Of a stretch of DNA of 64,000 nucleotides, positions 1-10,002 are shown piece after piece; within the stretch, counting starts at the first letter, position 1; every line of letters begins with the position of its first letter. The notes below the pieces were generated by a model that searched no databases, was not told where the DNA came from, and saw only the letters and a list, made by a program, of their open reading frames with translations. Both the position numbers and the translations under genes were made by a program. The stretch spans positions 3,145 through 67,144 of the IMG/VR virus record IMGVR_UViG_3300020472_000021; one strand, 5' to 3'. The stretch is from a virus (Duplodnaviria > Caudoviricetes).

Positions 1-190
1 GTGCAACCTCTAACGCTCCTCTGACTGCCTCCTGACCCTGATCTATAAGACTATAGAGTTCTCCTCTAGTATATGCATAGTCCTTATCCCTATCTTCTAC
101 ATCATCCTTAGATTCTTTCTTGACTACTTCAGGTTCTGGTACAACATCAAGATTGAGAATATTCTCCATATTGTCTTCTAGGTTATTCAT
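1..190 (-). CDS. gp16: terminase small subunit (runs off window edge, N-terminal part only)
   Basis: Own translation from ATG at 190: MNNLEDNMENILNLDVV...DKDYAYTRGELYSLIDQGQEAVRGALEVA, resembling cyanophage gp16; directly follows gp15 as in T4 gene order. Confidence 0.75.
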   Translation of the reverse strand, partial: MNNLEDNMENILNLDVVPEPEVVKKESKDDVEDRDKDYAYTRGELYSLIDQGQEAVRGALEVA

Positions 191-192
191 AA

Positions 193-996
193 TTATAAGT
201 ATGTAATACCTTCATTAAATCCGAAATCATCATCTGCTGTTACTAGTATGTCATCAGCAGCATCAATGTTTCCGTCTTGGTTAATGTCAGTCTTTGCTTT
301 AGGTGTATATGTACGAGTAATGGTTCTTCTACTTACCGCAGCATCACCAATAGTCTCGTGAATAATTGCCTTGTTAATAACATCAGATGTACTGTAAGGA
401 CCGTACATGTATGTCTTAAGAGTGAAGTTAAGTGTATATGTAATCCACCTTCTGTTTAAGAAACTTTCATCCCACTCATCTTCGTAGTTAATATTATTTA
501 AAACGATTGCTATATCTCTCTTCTCATTCATATCGGGAATCATATTCAATGTTATTGAAAATGATGGTTGGAAATAAGGAAGAATTGATTCTAATATTTG
601 TAGGGCATCATCTTGTGACTGTGCAATGATACCTAATTCAAATCCAAGATTGTAAGGTACTGGTGTATACTGAACTCTTACTTCATCTTGATCATCATTA
701 ATAATAGTTTTATACTTCTGTATAGGAGAAGTCTTTCTTTGAGGATCATAATCAACACTGTTCATCTCAAAGTAAAGACGAGGAACAGTAATAGAAACCT
801 TACGTGTCGCAGACACCATCTGTTCTAAACGAACAAGAAACTTCTGTCTGGGACCATAAGCTAAAGGAACCTTACTCTCCTCAAGGACAGCTCCTGTGCT
901 TGGATCTTTCTTCTTTACACTAATGTTATTGAAGAGAGTACCAAAAGCAATAATTGATTTACGAGTTACCTCGTTATAAAAATGTGATCCTAACAT
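193..996 (-). CDS. gp15: tail sheath stabiliser / tail completion protein
   Basis: HFYNEVTRKSIIAFGTLFNNI, KVPLAYGPRQKFL, PVPYNLGFEL, QILESILPYFQP motifs; synteny gp13-14-15-16. Confidence 0.92.
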   Translation of the reverse strand: MLGSHFYNEVTRKSIIAFGTLFNNISVKKKDPSTGAVLEESKVPLAYGPRQKFLVRLEQMVSATRKVSITVPRLYFEMNSVDYDPQRKTSPIQKYKTIINDDQDEVRVQYTPVPYNLGFELGIIAQSQDDALQILESILPYFQPSFSITLNMIPDMNEKRDIAIVLNNINYEDEWDESFLNRRWITYTLNFTLKTYMYGPYSTSDVINKAIIHETIGDAAVSRRTITRTYTPKAKTDINQDGNIDAADDILVTADDDFGFNEGITYL

Positions 997-1880
997 CAGA
1001 TACTACCTGTAAAGTTACCAAATTCACCGAATGGATTACCTTCTGTCCAATCAATAAGATTGTCAGCAGCATCCTCGATTTCTCTATTTGCATCATACTC
1101 ACTGTTTGTATTATCTAGAGTGTCGAATGTAGACACTACCCAAACAGCACCACTACTATCACCAGTTAAAGATTCATTAGCAGAGAAGGTTCCTTTTCTA
1201 TTAATGACCTGAAGTATTCTTGTAGAATTATCCCAAGATTTAACTTCTGCTTCAACTCCAGTTGTACCACCAGTAACTATCTCACCAGCAGTAAAGTCTC
1301 CAGTTCCACCAACACCTAATGTTAATGCAATAGCACTAGAGTATATAGTTTCTATCTCATCAATTTCTGCAATACCAGTATTGATCTCGTCTGACTGACC
1401 AACGTATAGTTCAGCAGTTATAGAATAGAATTGAATCTTACCAAACTGATAGAATGGATTTTCTAATTGAACGTATTTAATCTCATACAAATCTTTTGTT
1501 AATGGGAAGTACAATAAGTCTCCCTCATTAGGTCTACCAGCAACTGTTAGGGTAGGAGTATTAGCTGCTACTGCCTCATCCCAACGTCTAGTAGATACTT
1601 TAAAAACGACTTCATCACTTATTGTTAATCCAAACTTACTGATGATCTCATTGTTATCACCCCAACCTGCTACGTTTTGTAGTAGCATCTCTACTTGAAA
1701 TTCATCTTGATACTTAGAATAGATGACATCATCCAATGTATTATCTTTTAGAATAGTTCTAGGAAGATAATAGATATCAGTTCCAAACAGCTTGATCTGT
1801 TCGTCGGCCAGATCCTGATATAGGTTCTGTTCACCGACGTGACCAGCGTAATAAGTTGGGAAGTAAGGACTAGTAGGCAT
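996..1880 (-). CDS. gp14: neck protein (head closure)
   Basis: EQIKLFGTDIYYLPR, SKFGLTISDE, RPNEGDLLYFP, ENPFYQFGK; synteny. Confidence 0.92.
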   Translation of the reverse strand: MPTSPYFPTYYAGHVGEQNLYQDLADEQIKLFGTDIYYLPRTILKDNTLDDVIYSKYQDEFQVEMLLQNVAGWGDNNEIISKFGLTISDEVVFKVSTRRWDEAVAANTPTLTVAGRPNEGDLLYFPLTKDLYEIKYVQLENPFYQFGKIQFYSITAELYVGQSDEINTGIAEIDEIETIYSSAIALTLGVGGTGDFTAGEIVTGGTTGVEAEVKSWDNSTRILQVINRKGTFSANESLTGDSSGAVWVVSTFDTLDNTNSEYDANREIEDAADNLIDWTEGNPFGEFGNFTGSI

Positions 1881-1881
1881 T

Positions 1882-2694
1882 TTATCCGATCATATCCATT
1901 GGTGGTATAGCATATTTGGAGAGAACTTCTCCTTCAATCATTCTAAGAGAGGTCACACCATCTTCATATATTTCTTTACCATTAAGATTCATACCGCCTG
2001 GTAGTTGAACATTTTGATACTTAATTAAGTTCTGACCCCACTGCTTCTTCATTAGAGCAGTAGCATATTTTTTAACAAAAGGATCGTTGTATGCTTCAGT
2101 AGCATCATTTGGATCAATCATCCTATGACACTCTATCAACAAGTTAGTTCCTACTTCTAAGAAATCCTTATCAATATCTAAGTATAAACGATCACGACGT
2201 TGTGTATATCTAAACTGTTGGAACGAACCATTGTTCAAAACCATATCTAATGTTTCAAGATATTGTTTAGTCATAAAATAATTTAAGATATCCAATGATC
2301 CAAATGCATATAAGTCATTTAAGAACATTCGATACTCTATACCAAATAAGTTAGAACGAATAGAGTTACCAACCAATCCATACACTTTACTAATACCAAC
2401 TACATGAGGTGGTATGGGAATATAATTTGTATCTTCTGACCATGTAGTTGTTACAGCACCTTCTACTTTAGTAGAATCAGTCTGAGCAGCAAGACGAGTC
2501 TTATCGTCAGCAGTTATTGCATGGTACATATAGCACCGTTCCTGACCATTATAGCAATTCTCATTAAAGAATTGAAACGTGTCGTCAATAACGTTGTTTA
2601 CTTGCTCATCGTCGATGTTAACCTGCAACACAGGTTCACCCAATTGCCTCTTGCAATATGTTATAAGATCAGCTTTAGATGCAGGTGATGCCAT
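1882..2694 (-). CDS. gp13: neck protein (head-tail adaptor)
   Basis: CKRQLGEPVLQVNIDDEQ, VKKYATALMKKQWGQNLIKYQNVQLPGG. Confidence 0.92.
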   Translation of the reverse strand: MASPASKADLITYCKRQLGEPVLQVNIDDEQVNNVIDDTFQFFNENCYNGQERCYMYHAITADDKTRLAAQTDSTKVEGAVTTTWSEDTNYIPIPPHVVGISKVYGLVGNSIRSNLFGIEYRMFLNDLYAFGSLDILNYFMTKQYLETLDMVLNNGSFQQFRYTQRRDRLYLDIDKDFLEVGTNLLIECHRMIDPNDATEAYNDPFVKKYATALMKKQWGQNLIKYQNVQLPGGMNLNGKEIYEDGVTSLRMIEGEVLSKYAIPPMDMIG

Positions 2695-2707
2695 TAGATA
2701 CTAAAAA

Positions 2708-2734
2708 TCCCTTCATACTATTTAGTAGAAGGGA
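2708..2734 (-). terminator. hairpin terminator with late promoter (CTAAATA, 2719-2725) embedded
   Basis: + strand TCCCTTC-A-TACTA-TT-TAGTA-GAAGGGA inverted repeat; T-run follows on - strand; upstream of gp13. Confidence 0.65.
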
Positions 2735-2742
2735 CTTTATGA

Positions 2743-2952
2743 TTATTCTGCTGGTGGATTTGCAATGTCTGGAGTGATTGCTGGAGCACCTTCTTCTGGT
2801 TTTTCTTCCAGTAATCCCAGTGTTTCTAGACCACCTGTTAATTTTAATTTATATTCTTTTGCCTTTGCGAGATTCTCTTCGAGTTCTCTTATCTGAACAT
2901 CAGTCTTTTCGATCTGTTCGGTGAAGTTCTGTTTCAGTTGTGCTGGATCCAT
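2743..2952 (-). CDS. small coiled-coil hypothetical protein
   Basis: 69-aa ORF with heptad-like EQIEKTDVQIRELEENLAKAKEY, tightly packed. Confidence 0.7.
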   Translation of the reverse strand: MDPAQLKQNFTEQIEKTDVQIRELEENLAKAKEYKLKLTGGLETLGLLEEKPEEGAPAITPDIANPPAE

Positions 2953-2958
2953 ATCTAA

Positions 2959-3501
2959 TCAAGGAATGAAGTTAAAGTTTATTACAAATCTTGGTTTCTG
3001 TGTAGGTTTGCTGCTTGCGTGAAAACGTAAACCATCAAAGAATACACATCTACCTTTCTCTGGTGATACGGTATTATTTATACCATATTCTCCCATCGGA
3101 TCTCCGTACCTCTTTTCACTGAAATACGTGTCTCCGTCACTATCGGTTGCATAATATAAGCATACCATATGATCCTCTGGTATGTCAACATGCATTTGAT
3201 CATATTCATTTTCCCTAACTCCAGGAGTTTGAAGAAAACATCTTCCACGTATGACTTTAGAAATACTCACATTAGCATTATGACATGCTTCAAATACTAA
3301 AGGAAGAAGTAATCCACTATACTTACTACAAGATTTTCCATCAAGTAGAAACATATGAGAGAATCCTACTAACTGACTATCACCATCTTCTACTAAGTTA
3401 TCATGATACACCCATCTAAAATCAGTATCAAACCTTAGAGTTTCTTCTATAAGGTTTTGATAATTTGGATTGATGCAATCATCTTTAATAATGCTCTTCA
3501 T
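2959..3501 (-). CDS. 2OG-Fe(II) oxygenase
   Basis: HVD...LYY..DSDGDT.F...FHASSKP....R.VINFN (HxD..H..R). Confidence 0.85.
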   Translation of the reverse strand: MKSIIKDDCINPNYQNLIEETLRFDTDFRWVYHDNLVEDGDSQLVGFSHMFLLDGKSCSKYSGLLLPLVFEACHNANVSISKVIRGRCFLQTPGVRENEYDQMHVDIPEDHMVCLYYATDSDGDTYFSEKRYGDPMGEYGINNTVSPEKGRCVFFDGLRFHASSKPTQKPRFVINFNFIP

Positions 3502-4153
3502 CTGGACCCTCTACATTCCAAGCAATATTTCCAGACACAGTTGTTCTTTCTTTATCAGTAGACCTGAATGGATATACAGCATGATAAGTTGTTGATGGAA
3601 ATAAAAGTATAGTACCGTTCCATGAATTATCTACTGGTAATACTTCCTTTTCTAATTGAAATGTTCCATCACTATGGAAGGAATTTCTTTCTTCTGGTCC
3701 ATATGGTATATCTACAAATATAACAAAACTAGCAATACCAGAATGGATATGCATTGGATTATATTCATTCTTTTTCTGATAGTTAACCCATAGATTATGT
3801 AACTTTAAAAATCTAGTTATATCTTTGCAACTATGGAACTCCCATGGACATGTAGTATAAACATCATTCCAAATTGGTCTGACTAAAGATAATAGATAAG
3901 GTTCTAATGTCGGACATTGTAATTTCCATTCACCTAAACTTGATTGTTGGTTTAAAGCACCAGCTAATCTATCATTCATATTCCATACTTTATCTTTTCT
4001 TCTTATCCTTGTATACTCCAAGAGAGGATAGTATACATCTGGTGGTAATTTTGTTGCAACAAAATTTAAAGTTGATTGACTATGAACCTGAGCATCACCA
4101 TAGTCTTTAACATGATGGTTAGGATTTTCTATATGTTTCTGTTGACTATTCAT
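3485..4153 (-). CDS. 2OG-Fe(II) oxygenase (HxH type)
   Basis: WVNYQKKNEYNPMHIHSG...FPSTTYHAVYPF...ERTTVSGN; start placed at ATG 4153. Confidence 0.85.
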   Translation of the reverse strand: MNSQQKHIENPNHHVKDYGDAQVHSQSTLNFVATKLPPDVYYPLLEYTRIRRKDKVWNMNDRLAGALNQQSSLGEWKLQCPTLEPYLLSLVRPIWNDVYTTCPWEFHSCKDITRFLKLHNLWVNYQKKNEYNPMHIHSGIASFVIFVDIPYGPEERNSFHSDGTFQLEKEVLPVDNSWNGTILLFPSTTYHAVYPFRSTDKERTTVSGNIAWNVEGPDEEHY

Positions 4154-4646
4154 AATACAAATCCGCACTTAAAGAATATCGTTTTTCATCTTCTGTTCCT
4201 TTACCTGCCATGTGTGGTAAGTTTGATGGAAATATAAACCATGTAAATAATTTCTTTGGTAAGTGATATGGATCATAATTTGGCATAGGAAACTCAGCAG
4301 TTCCAGATGATCCAGGTAGTCGTAAATACATTATACCAGATAGAGTGTATGGATTCTCTAAATTATGAGCGTGCATATATGGTTCTTTTGAATTTGATTT
4401 CCAATCAACATATATCCATGAACTTATTTTATAATCAAAAACATTCATATCCCAGTATCTAGAACATGAATCGTAATAAGATAATCTCAGTTTTTCAATC
4501 ACTGGATTTTGATAATCTAAAAAATTATCCTCAGTCTTTGCAACAATAGGATTATCTTGATACTCTATATTATCAATAAAATTTATAAGAGTATCTACCT
4601 CCTCATTATCTAGTTCACAAGAATATTCTCTAATACCTAATACCAT
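4146..4646 (-). CDS. 2OG-Fe(II) oxygenase (HxH type)
   Basis: MHAH...LSGIMYL...IFPSNLPHMAG...KRYSLSAD. Confidence 0.8.
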   Translation of the reverse strand: MVLGIREYSCELDNEEVDTLINFIDNIEYQDNPIVAKTEDNFLDYQNPVIEKLRLSYYDSCSRYWDMNVFDYKISSWIYVDWKSNSKEPYMHAHNLENPYTLSGIMYLRLPGSSGTAEFPMPNYDPYHLPKKLFTWFIFPSNLPHMAGKGTEDEKRYSLSADLYYE

Positions 4647-5218
4647 GTTCTTGACTGACGACTATTGATGTGTGCATGAATTTCAGGAACACAAAATGAA
4701 AATGCTACTGTAGTTCTGTAACCATTACCAATTAAACTATTTGGTGAATGACCTTTGTGTTCCCAATTAGATGGAATGAATACACCATTGTTAGGAATAT
4801 ATGGTGTGTAATGAAGTTTGCCATCTGGACTCTTACATACAAACTCACCACCCCACTCATGATTCCACTGCATTTGGTTAAACAATATAAATGTCCATAC
4901 CTCATCCAATGGATAATCTTTATGGAACAATGAGTTCTGTCCAGGAGTCTGTCCATTTGCATGAATCTTACACAACTGAATATCCTTTTTAAGAATCTTC
5001 ATCATCTTAAGTCTTACTGTGGTAGCACATTTAACAAAGAACAAATCAGTTCTTAAAGGATGTTGCCAAGATACAGGATCCCCTTTACCATATGATGCAT
5101 TGTTAAGTGTCCATATAGCTAGACTATTTACAGCAGGTTGAGTACGGTCAAAGTATTGCCAAAGACCTTCAAACTCTTCTCTACTTAAGACAGCTTCAAT
5201 GACTTTAGGTTCGTTCAT
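4637..5218 (-). CDS. 2OG-Fe(II) oxygenase
   Basis: NGQT...FHKD...W..EWGGEF...IPSNWEHKG..P...YRTTVAF; ATGA overlap with upstream stop. Confidence 0.85.
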   Translation of the reverse strand: MNEPKVIEAVLSREEFEGLWQYFDRTQPAVNSLAIWTLNNASYGKGDPVSWQHPLRTDLFFVKCATTVRLKMMKILKKDIQLCKIHANGQTPGQNSLFHKDYPLDEVWTFILFNQMQWNHEWGGEFVCKSPDGKLHYTPYIPNNGVFIPSNWEHKGHSPNSLIGNGYRTTVAFSFCVPEIHAHINSRQSRTWY

Positions 5219-5781
5219 TTGCCCCACCATAACCATCCTGTAATAATATATTTCTCATGTTCCTCCGATATTTGTCCTCTGTGTTTATGAGTTAATCCAG
5301 CAGGAAATAAAACTGTATTACCTTTCTTTGCTTGCACAGTATAATTCTGATAATAGAATTCAGTTCCACCATTAGGAACATCATTCAAATATGTAATAAA
5401 AACAAAAGCTTTATCACAACCATCTAAACCAGATGCATCTACATGCCATGTATAAAAACCTTCACCAGGTTTATAATACTGTATCTGTGGTAACTGCTTC
5501 ATTGTAAACTCTTGGTTTCCAACTTCTAGTAATTGTAAGTATTCATTTATAAAACCATCTAATGATTTTGAATATTCATCATATTTAAAGTCACTTGGTT
5601 TTCCAAACTTTCCAGCATCAGTTATAGAGAAATCGGTACTCTTCTTAATATCTGGAATGATACTTCCACCACCGACTCTACCAGCATATGTCATCTCACC
5701 TTTATCAGCTATGTGAAAAAGCTCTATGAGTTTATCACATACACTAGTATCTTCTAATTGATATTCGTTAATAAAATTCAT
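5215..5781 (-). CDS. 2OG-Fe(II) oxygenase (prolyl-hydroxylase-like)
   Basis: IQYYKPGEGFYTWHVD, ITYLNDVPNGGTEF, FPAGLTHKHRG, KYIITGW; ATGA overlap. Confidence 0.88.
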   Translation of the reverse strand: MNFINEYQLEDTSVCDKLIELFHIADKGEMTYAGRVGGGSIIPDIKKSTDFSITDAGKFGKPSDFKYDEYSKSLDGFINEYLQLLEVGNQEFTMKQLPQIQYYKPGEGFYTWHVDASGLDGCDKAFVFITYLNDVPNGGTEFYYQNYTVQAKKGNTVLFPAGLTHKHRGQISEEHEKYIITGWLWWGK

Positions 5782-6368
5782 TTGTATGGTGGACCTTGTA
5801 CCCATCCTACTAAGGATTTTCTACACCCAGAAGTAACTTCTCTTACTCTATGCGGTGTATCACTCATGAATATTATAGCATCCTTTTTCTTTAATGGAAT
5901 AATCTTTTTCTCATCTACTACCATTTCAAATTCACCACCTTCAAAATCATCATTCAATAGTATAGTAAAACTAAGTTTACGTATTCTATTATTCTGTCTC
6001 TTACCTTGCATCCAATTAGATTCATCTATATGCCAATCATAGTAACCACCCTTTTCATATACAGTATCTTGCATAGGTTCTATAAAATCAATATCATAAT
6101 TCCATTCACATTTTCTATTAGCAAAATCAAGAAACCCATCTACTAATCCATACAAACGTTCATCATCTATAAAACGAGATTTTGATTCTCTATTTACTTT
6201 ATCGAGTTCTCCTTTATTTTCTAAACCTTCTACTTTAGAAGATTCATAATCATCTATAGGTTTACTTTCACGATCTGTACCTTGACATTTTTTAAGTTGC
6301 CTTTCTATAAGATCAAAATATTCATCTTCCATATTGATGATTATATATTGGTGTTTAAATGAATTCAT
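5778..6368 (-). CDS. 2OG-Fe(II) oxygenase (PKHD/YbiX-like)
   Basis: YYDWHID, RKLSFTILLNDDFEGGEF, PHRVREVTSGCRKSLVGW; ATGA overlap. Confidence 0.88.
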   Translation of the reverse strand: MNSFKHQYIIINMEDEYFDLIERQLKKCQGTDRESKPIDDYESSKVEGLENKGELDKVNRESKSRFIDDERLYGLVDGFLDFANRKCEWNYDIDFIEPMQDTVYEKGGYYDWHIDESNWMQGKRQNNRIRKLSFTILLNDDFEGGEFEMVVDEKKIIPLKKKDAIIFMSDTPHRVREVTSGCRKSLVGWVQGPPYK

Positions 6369-8119
6369 TTTTGACACACCATTATATGTACACCATTCCA
6401 CCAACCATTAGGATCCTCTGGAACACCAGTTAATATCTTACGATCAAACATAACTTTAATATCATTTTCTTTAATCCATATATTTGCTGACTCTACCACA
6501 CCCATAAAGTTAGCATCATCTATTACTATTATAAACTGATCATCCATAATTGTATAGAGATAAGTTAGATTATCATATTGCTGTTGTGGATCATGATCAG
6601 CATCATAGAAAATAATATTTGCTTTCTTATTCTCCATAGTATGTTCATCACGAATAATATTAAAGTCTGCTTGAGTTAGATCTTGAATACTTTTCTCATG
6701 AAAAACTTGATTCTTTTTCATACCTTTAAAGAATGCACCTTTAGGATTATTCATCTTAAATCCTTTATGTCCATATACTTTACCACCACTATCCCAACTA
6801 TCTTCTTCACGGAAGGGAGCAATATCTTCTTCTGAATAGTTATCAACAGCAAACGCTGGTATATCTCTATCCATTGTTGCAGCAAAGAATGTACTACCAG
6901 CAGCAACACCCAATTCTAAATACACAGCATCTTCTTTAGAACATAAGTTATTAAGAAAATGTCTAATAATATTTGATGATAAACCTTCGTAATTATATCC
7001 TTCTGGATTGAACTTACTATCTCCTCTTGCTGCCTTATCAATAGAATTAAGAACTAATTCTATATCCTTGTCCATAGTTCTTTCATTCTTCTTCATCCTA
7101 GAATGAATAACTGAATCACAATAATTACAATCCCAACAATCAAACTTACATGTCTTAATCTTATCTCTCCAGATATCAATTGGTTTCTCTTGTAATGTAG
7201 TATCTTCAATATACTCATTGAACTGAGGAAATAATAATTCTTCATCACTATCCCATCGCTTAATGATCTCCATTGATTCCATTAAACGCATAGCATTTTC
7301 TCTACCATGCATCTTGAATACATCTATACCAAGATCAATAAACTCTTGCCAATCTTCTTTCCATGGAGGTAATGCTGCTTGCTTTAAAGCATTAGCTGGA
7401 TCTTTCTCATCCCAATTAGAACATGACACTCTACTAATAGAATCATTAAAATACTGAGGATCATCTTCTCCTCTTTCCATATTATAATGATAGTGTTCTG
7501 GCATGATCGGACATCCACCCCAACACCACTCATTAGCAAGGAGTGATATCTTGACTGGTTTACCTATCTCAGCACAATATTCTTTTGCTTTTTTAATTCT
7601 TAGTAATTGATCATGATCTCTCATTAGATCGCGATCTAAATTAATATAATTAAATCCTGCCTTTGCTAGATTAACTATCTCATTTGCTCTTGTTACTTCT
7701 CTGAGTATAGTATTTTTGATATAAAGTTCTGGAAACTCTTTCTGTATTTGTCCAGTCAACATCCATGTTGTATGAGGTAACGTAACAATACGAACACCCA
7801 TATCATATACTGCTTTAAAATTCTCAATAAAAAGATTCAAATTCTTTTGATTAGGAAGAACCTGAATATTATTAAATGTTGCTGATAATGGAATACCTGT
7901 TTCTTGAGAAACATAGAGAGCATTGAATGTTGTCTCTCTCATATCCCCATCAATAGTATCCCCCATTGCGTCTTGAACGAATGGAGGCATCCGACATGTA
8001 AAGTATATGTCGTAAATATGTTTCTTATACTGATTAAGGAACGGTATAAAAGTTCCTGTTACAAAATCTTCAGGAAGCTTTGTATTCAGTGGGATCGAGA
8101 ACCTTTGTACCATATTCAT
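6365..8119 (-). CDS. peptidase-U32-family (Fe-S hydroxylase-like) domain fused to class I SAM methyltransferase
   Basis: N-part: INLDRDLMRD, LLANEWCWGGCP, VSC, GIDVFKMHGRE (cf. U32 xKIEGR), CKFDCWDCNYC. C-part: YLELGVAAGSTF, AVDNY, IIFYDADH, IIVIDD (Methyltransf_24-like). Confidence 0.75.
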   Translation of the reverse strand: MNMVQRFSIPLNTKLPEDFVTGTFIPFLNQYKKHIYDIYFTCRMPPFVQDAMGDTIDGDMRETTFNALYVSQETGIPLSATFNNIQVLPNQKNLNLFIENFKAVYDMGVRIVTLPHTTWMLTGQIQKEFPELYIKNTILREVTRANEIVNLAKAGFNYINLDRDLMRDHDQLLRIKKAKEYCAEIGKPVKISLLANEWCWGGCPIMPEHYHYNMERGEDDPQYFNDSISRVSCSNWDEKDPANALKQAALPPWKEDWQEFIDLGIDVFKMHGRENAMRLMESMEIIKRWDSDEELLFPQFNEYIEDTTLQEKPIDIWRDKIKTCKFDCWDCNYCDSVIHSRMKKNERTMDKDIELVLNSIDKAARGDSKFNPEGYNYEGLSSNIIRHFLNNLCSKEDAVYLELGVAAGSTFFAATMDRDIPAFAVDNYSEEDIAPFREEDSWDSGGKVYGHKGFKMNNPKGAFFKGMKKNQVFHEKSIQDLTQADFNIIRDEHTMENKKANIIFYDADHDPQQQYDNLTYLYTIMDDQFIIVIDDANFMGVVESANIWIKENDIKVMFDRKILTGVPEDPNGWWNGVHIMVCQK

Positions 8120-8321
8120 CTAGAACTTTATTAATAAATAAACCTTCGTTGTCACTATGTTCTATCAAGAGATTCTTATTCTCCTTACAGATTTCTCTGA
8201 GTCTTACTCTATCTAAATCCTTGTCTTTATTTTCAAGATTATACTTTTCGTACATCATGAAATGTATGACAGGTAGAAGCTCATCATACCTCTCTGCATC
8301 AGCGTGCCAAACACCTGCCAT
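8070..8321 (-). CDS. hypothetical protein
   Basis: 83-aa ORF abutting upstream stop, GGAG-type RBS just upstream. Confidence 0.65.
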   Translation of the reverse strand: MAGVWHADAERYDELLPVIHFMMYEKYNLENKDKDLDRVRLREICKENKNLLIEHSDNEGLFINKVLDEYGTKVLDPTEYKAS

Positions 8322-9200
8322 CTATTTCTCCCCCTCTTTAAATTGTAGCTGTCCTGTATATTTATGCGCCTCGAACTTAGGCATTGTTATACCTTCCGAT
8401 TCTATCTGTTGTTGTATAGCAGGAGCGAATGTTTTATTTAACTTATCCATACCACCACCAACGAGAGCAGAGAATTGTATTGCTACTTCTAAACATTTAA
8501 CTTGATCCTGTTCTGGCATATCCAAAATAGAAGTCATGTTACCAGTAGATATTCTACCATAGGATACAATATCCATAGCAGCCTGTTTGCCCATACGAGC
8601 AATCCAGTATACTCTTTCTTCATCTTCTTGTTCTTCCAAGAAATACTCTAATGGATGTTCATCATCAACATTCTCATTAACAGTTTTCAAGAAATGTGTC
8701 ATTTCAATTTCTGATTGACGTAGTTTCCTTTTCCAGATACCTATGTCATAATCATTCTTTTCTAAATCAATCTGGATAAATCCAGCATCAATTTCATCTC
8801 CACCATCTGCCTCTAAATTTTCAAGAGTACGAATGAATTTCTTTCTAAGTAATTCTGCTTTTCTAAGACTATGCCTATTTTCCATATAAGCATGATACCT
8901 TGTTTCTAGTTCCATCAATGCTTGACGAACCTTTCTCCATGGAGTCAGTTGCATATCAATAACAAAATGCTTGCTTTGATATTCAGTCATACCGCTATTG
9001 AAGCGCATACTCCCTTCTAAGATATCAAAATCTTTCTTTGAGAAATTAAATTCCTCAACGAAAGACTTAGCTAGATTTATCTCTCCAGTATCAGAACTGA
9101 CAATGTTATTAACATCAGCAATAATATCAGACAACTCTGCGTTGTAAGATAATCTTGAATTTTTTGGATCAGTGTTAACTAATTCAGAACTTAAAGACAT
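8322..9200 (-). CDS. coiled-coil hypothetical protein
   Basis: 292-aa ORF, helical, overlaps upstream stop. Confidence 0.8.
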   Translation of the reverse strand: MSLSSELVNTDPKNSRLSYNAELSDIIADVNNIVSSDTGEINLAKSFVEEFNFSKKDFDILEGSMRFNSGMTEYQSKHFVIDMQLTPWRKVRQALMELETRYHAYMENRHSLRKAELLRKKFIRTLENLEADGGDEIDAGFIQIDLEKNDYDIGIWKRKLRQSEIEMTHFLKTVNENVDDEHPLEYFLEEQEDEERVYWIARMGKQAAMDIVSYGRISTGNMTSILDMPEQDQVKCLEVAIQFSALVGGGMDKLNKTFAPAIQQQIESEGITMPKFEAHKYTGQLQFKEGEK

Positions 9201-9999
9201 ATGCGTCTACCTCATACTCTGGTTTTCGATCCCAGTCAGTATCAGATTTAGTGCGACCCATTTCAATTGCCTGAAATTGAGGCATCATAATACCGATGTG
9301 ATCTTCATATAATGTATTTAGGTCCCATACAGAGTCGGCATCTTCAAACTTTTTCTTAAGTTTTTGATACGTAACAAGCATAGTAGACAGTTTATCTTCA
9401 TAAGATTCTGCCTTAGTTAAAATTTTATTGGATAAATCTGTTTTGTCCAGACTTCTTTCTGTAGCAAGATAGTCAAGGAATGGAGTCTTACTTCCATTCT
9501 TACCTTTTTCTCTCAACCATTCTCTTGCTTCATGCTTCTGTATTTCCCAAGAAGCAGTTTCTAATTCTGTTGTGTCTGTTAGATTTTTAATTCTTACATT
9601 AAATTCATCATCAATAATCTCTACAGCAAAGATAGTCATGAAATCAGTAATTTCTTTTTTGATTTCATCTGTCAATTCTACTGGTACTTTAAGAACACCA
9701 CCAGCAGGAGTCCATGCTTGAGCAACACCTTGATGGTTAACAGTTGCCATAACCTTACCAAAAGGTCTGACTTCTGAGAAGAAGTTAGATCCATTAAGTG
9801 CTTGCTTTTTAGTAACTTCTTTATACTTATGTTCCCACTCTTTAGAGATAACTTGGAAGATGTTTTCACTTACTTCTACACATGCAAAATGCATCAACGA
9901 AAATATTTCGTTGTAATGAAGTCTTGAATCAGCTGTCTCAGCAATATTGACATACTGCTCAGGCTTGATTTCTTTTTCGTTGACGATTAAGTATCTCAT
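9184..9999 (-). CDS. probable tail-fibre assembly chaperone
   Basis: E..SWEIQKHEAREW...TPFLDYLATER...LSNKILTKAESY pattern resembles phage fibre assembly proteins; follows a fibre-like gene. Confidence 0.55.
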   Translation of the reverse strand: MRYLIVNEKEIKPEQYVNIAETADSRLHYNEIFSLMHFACVEVSENIFQVISKEWEHKYKEVTKKQALNGSNFFSEVRPFGKVMATVNHQGVAQAWTPAGGVLKVPVELTDEIKKEITDFMTIFAVEIIDDEFNVRIKNLTDTTELETASWEIQKHEAREWLREKGKNGSKTPFLDYLATERSLDKTDLSNKILTKAESYEDKLSTMLVTYQKLKKKFEDADSVWDLNTLYEDHIGIMMPQFQAIEMGRTKSDTDWDRKPEYEVDAYVFKF

Positions 10000-10002
10000 T
10001 GT

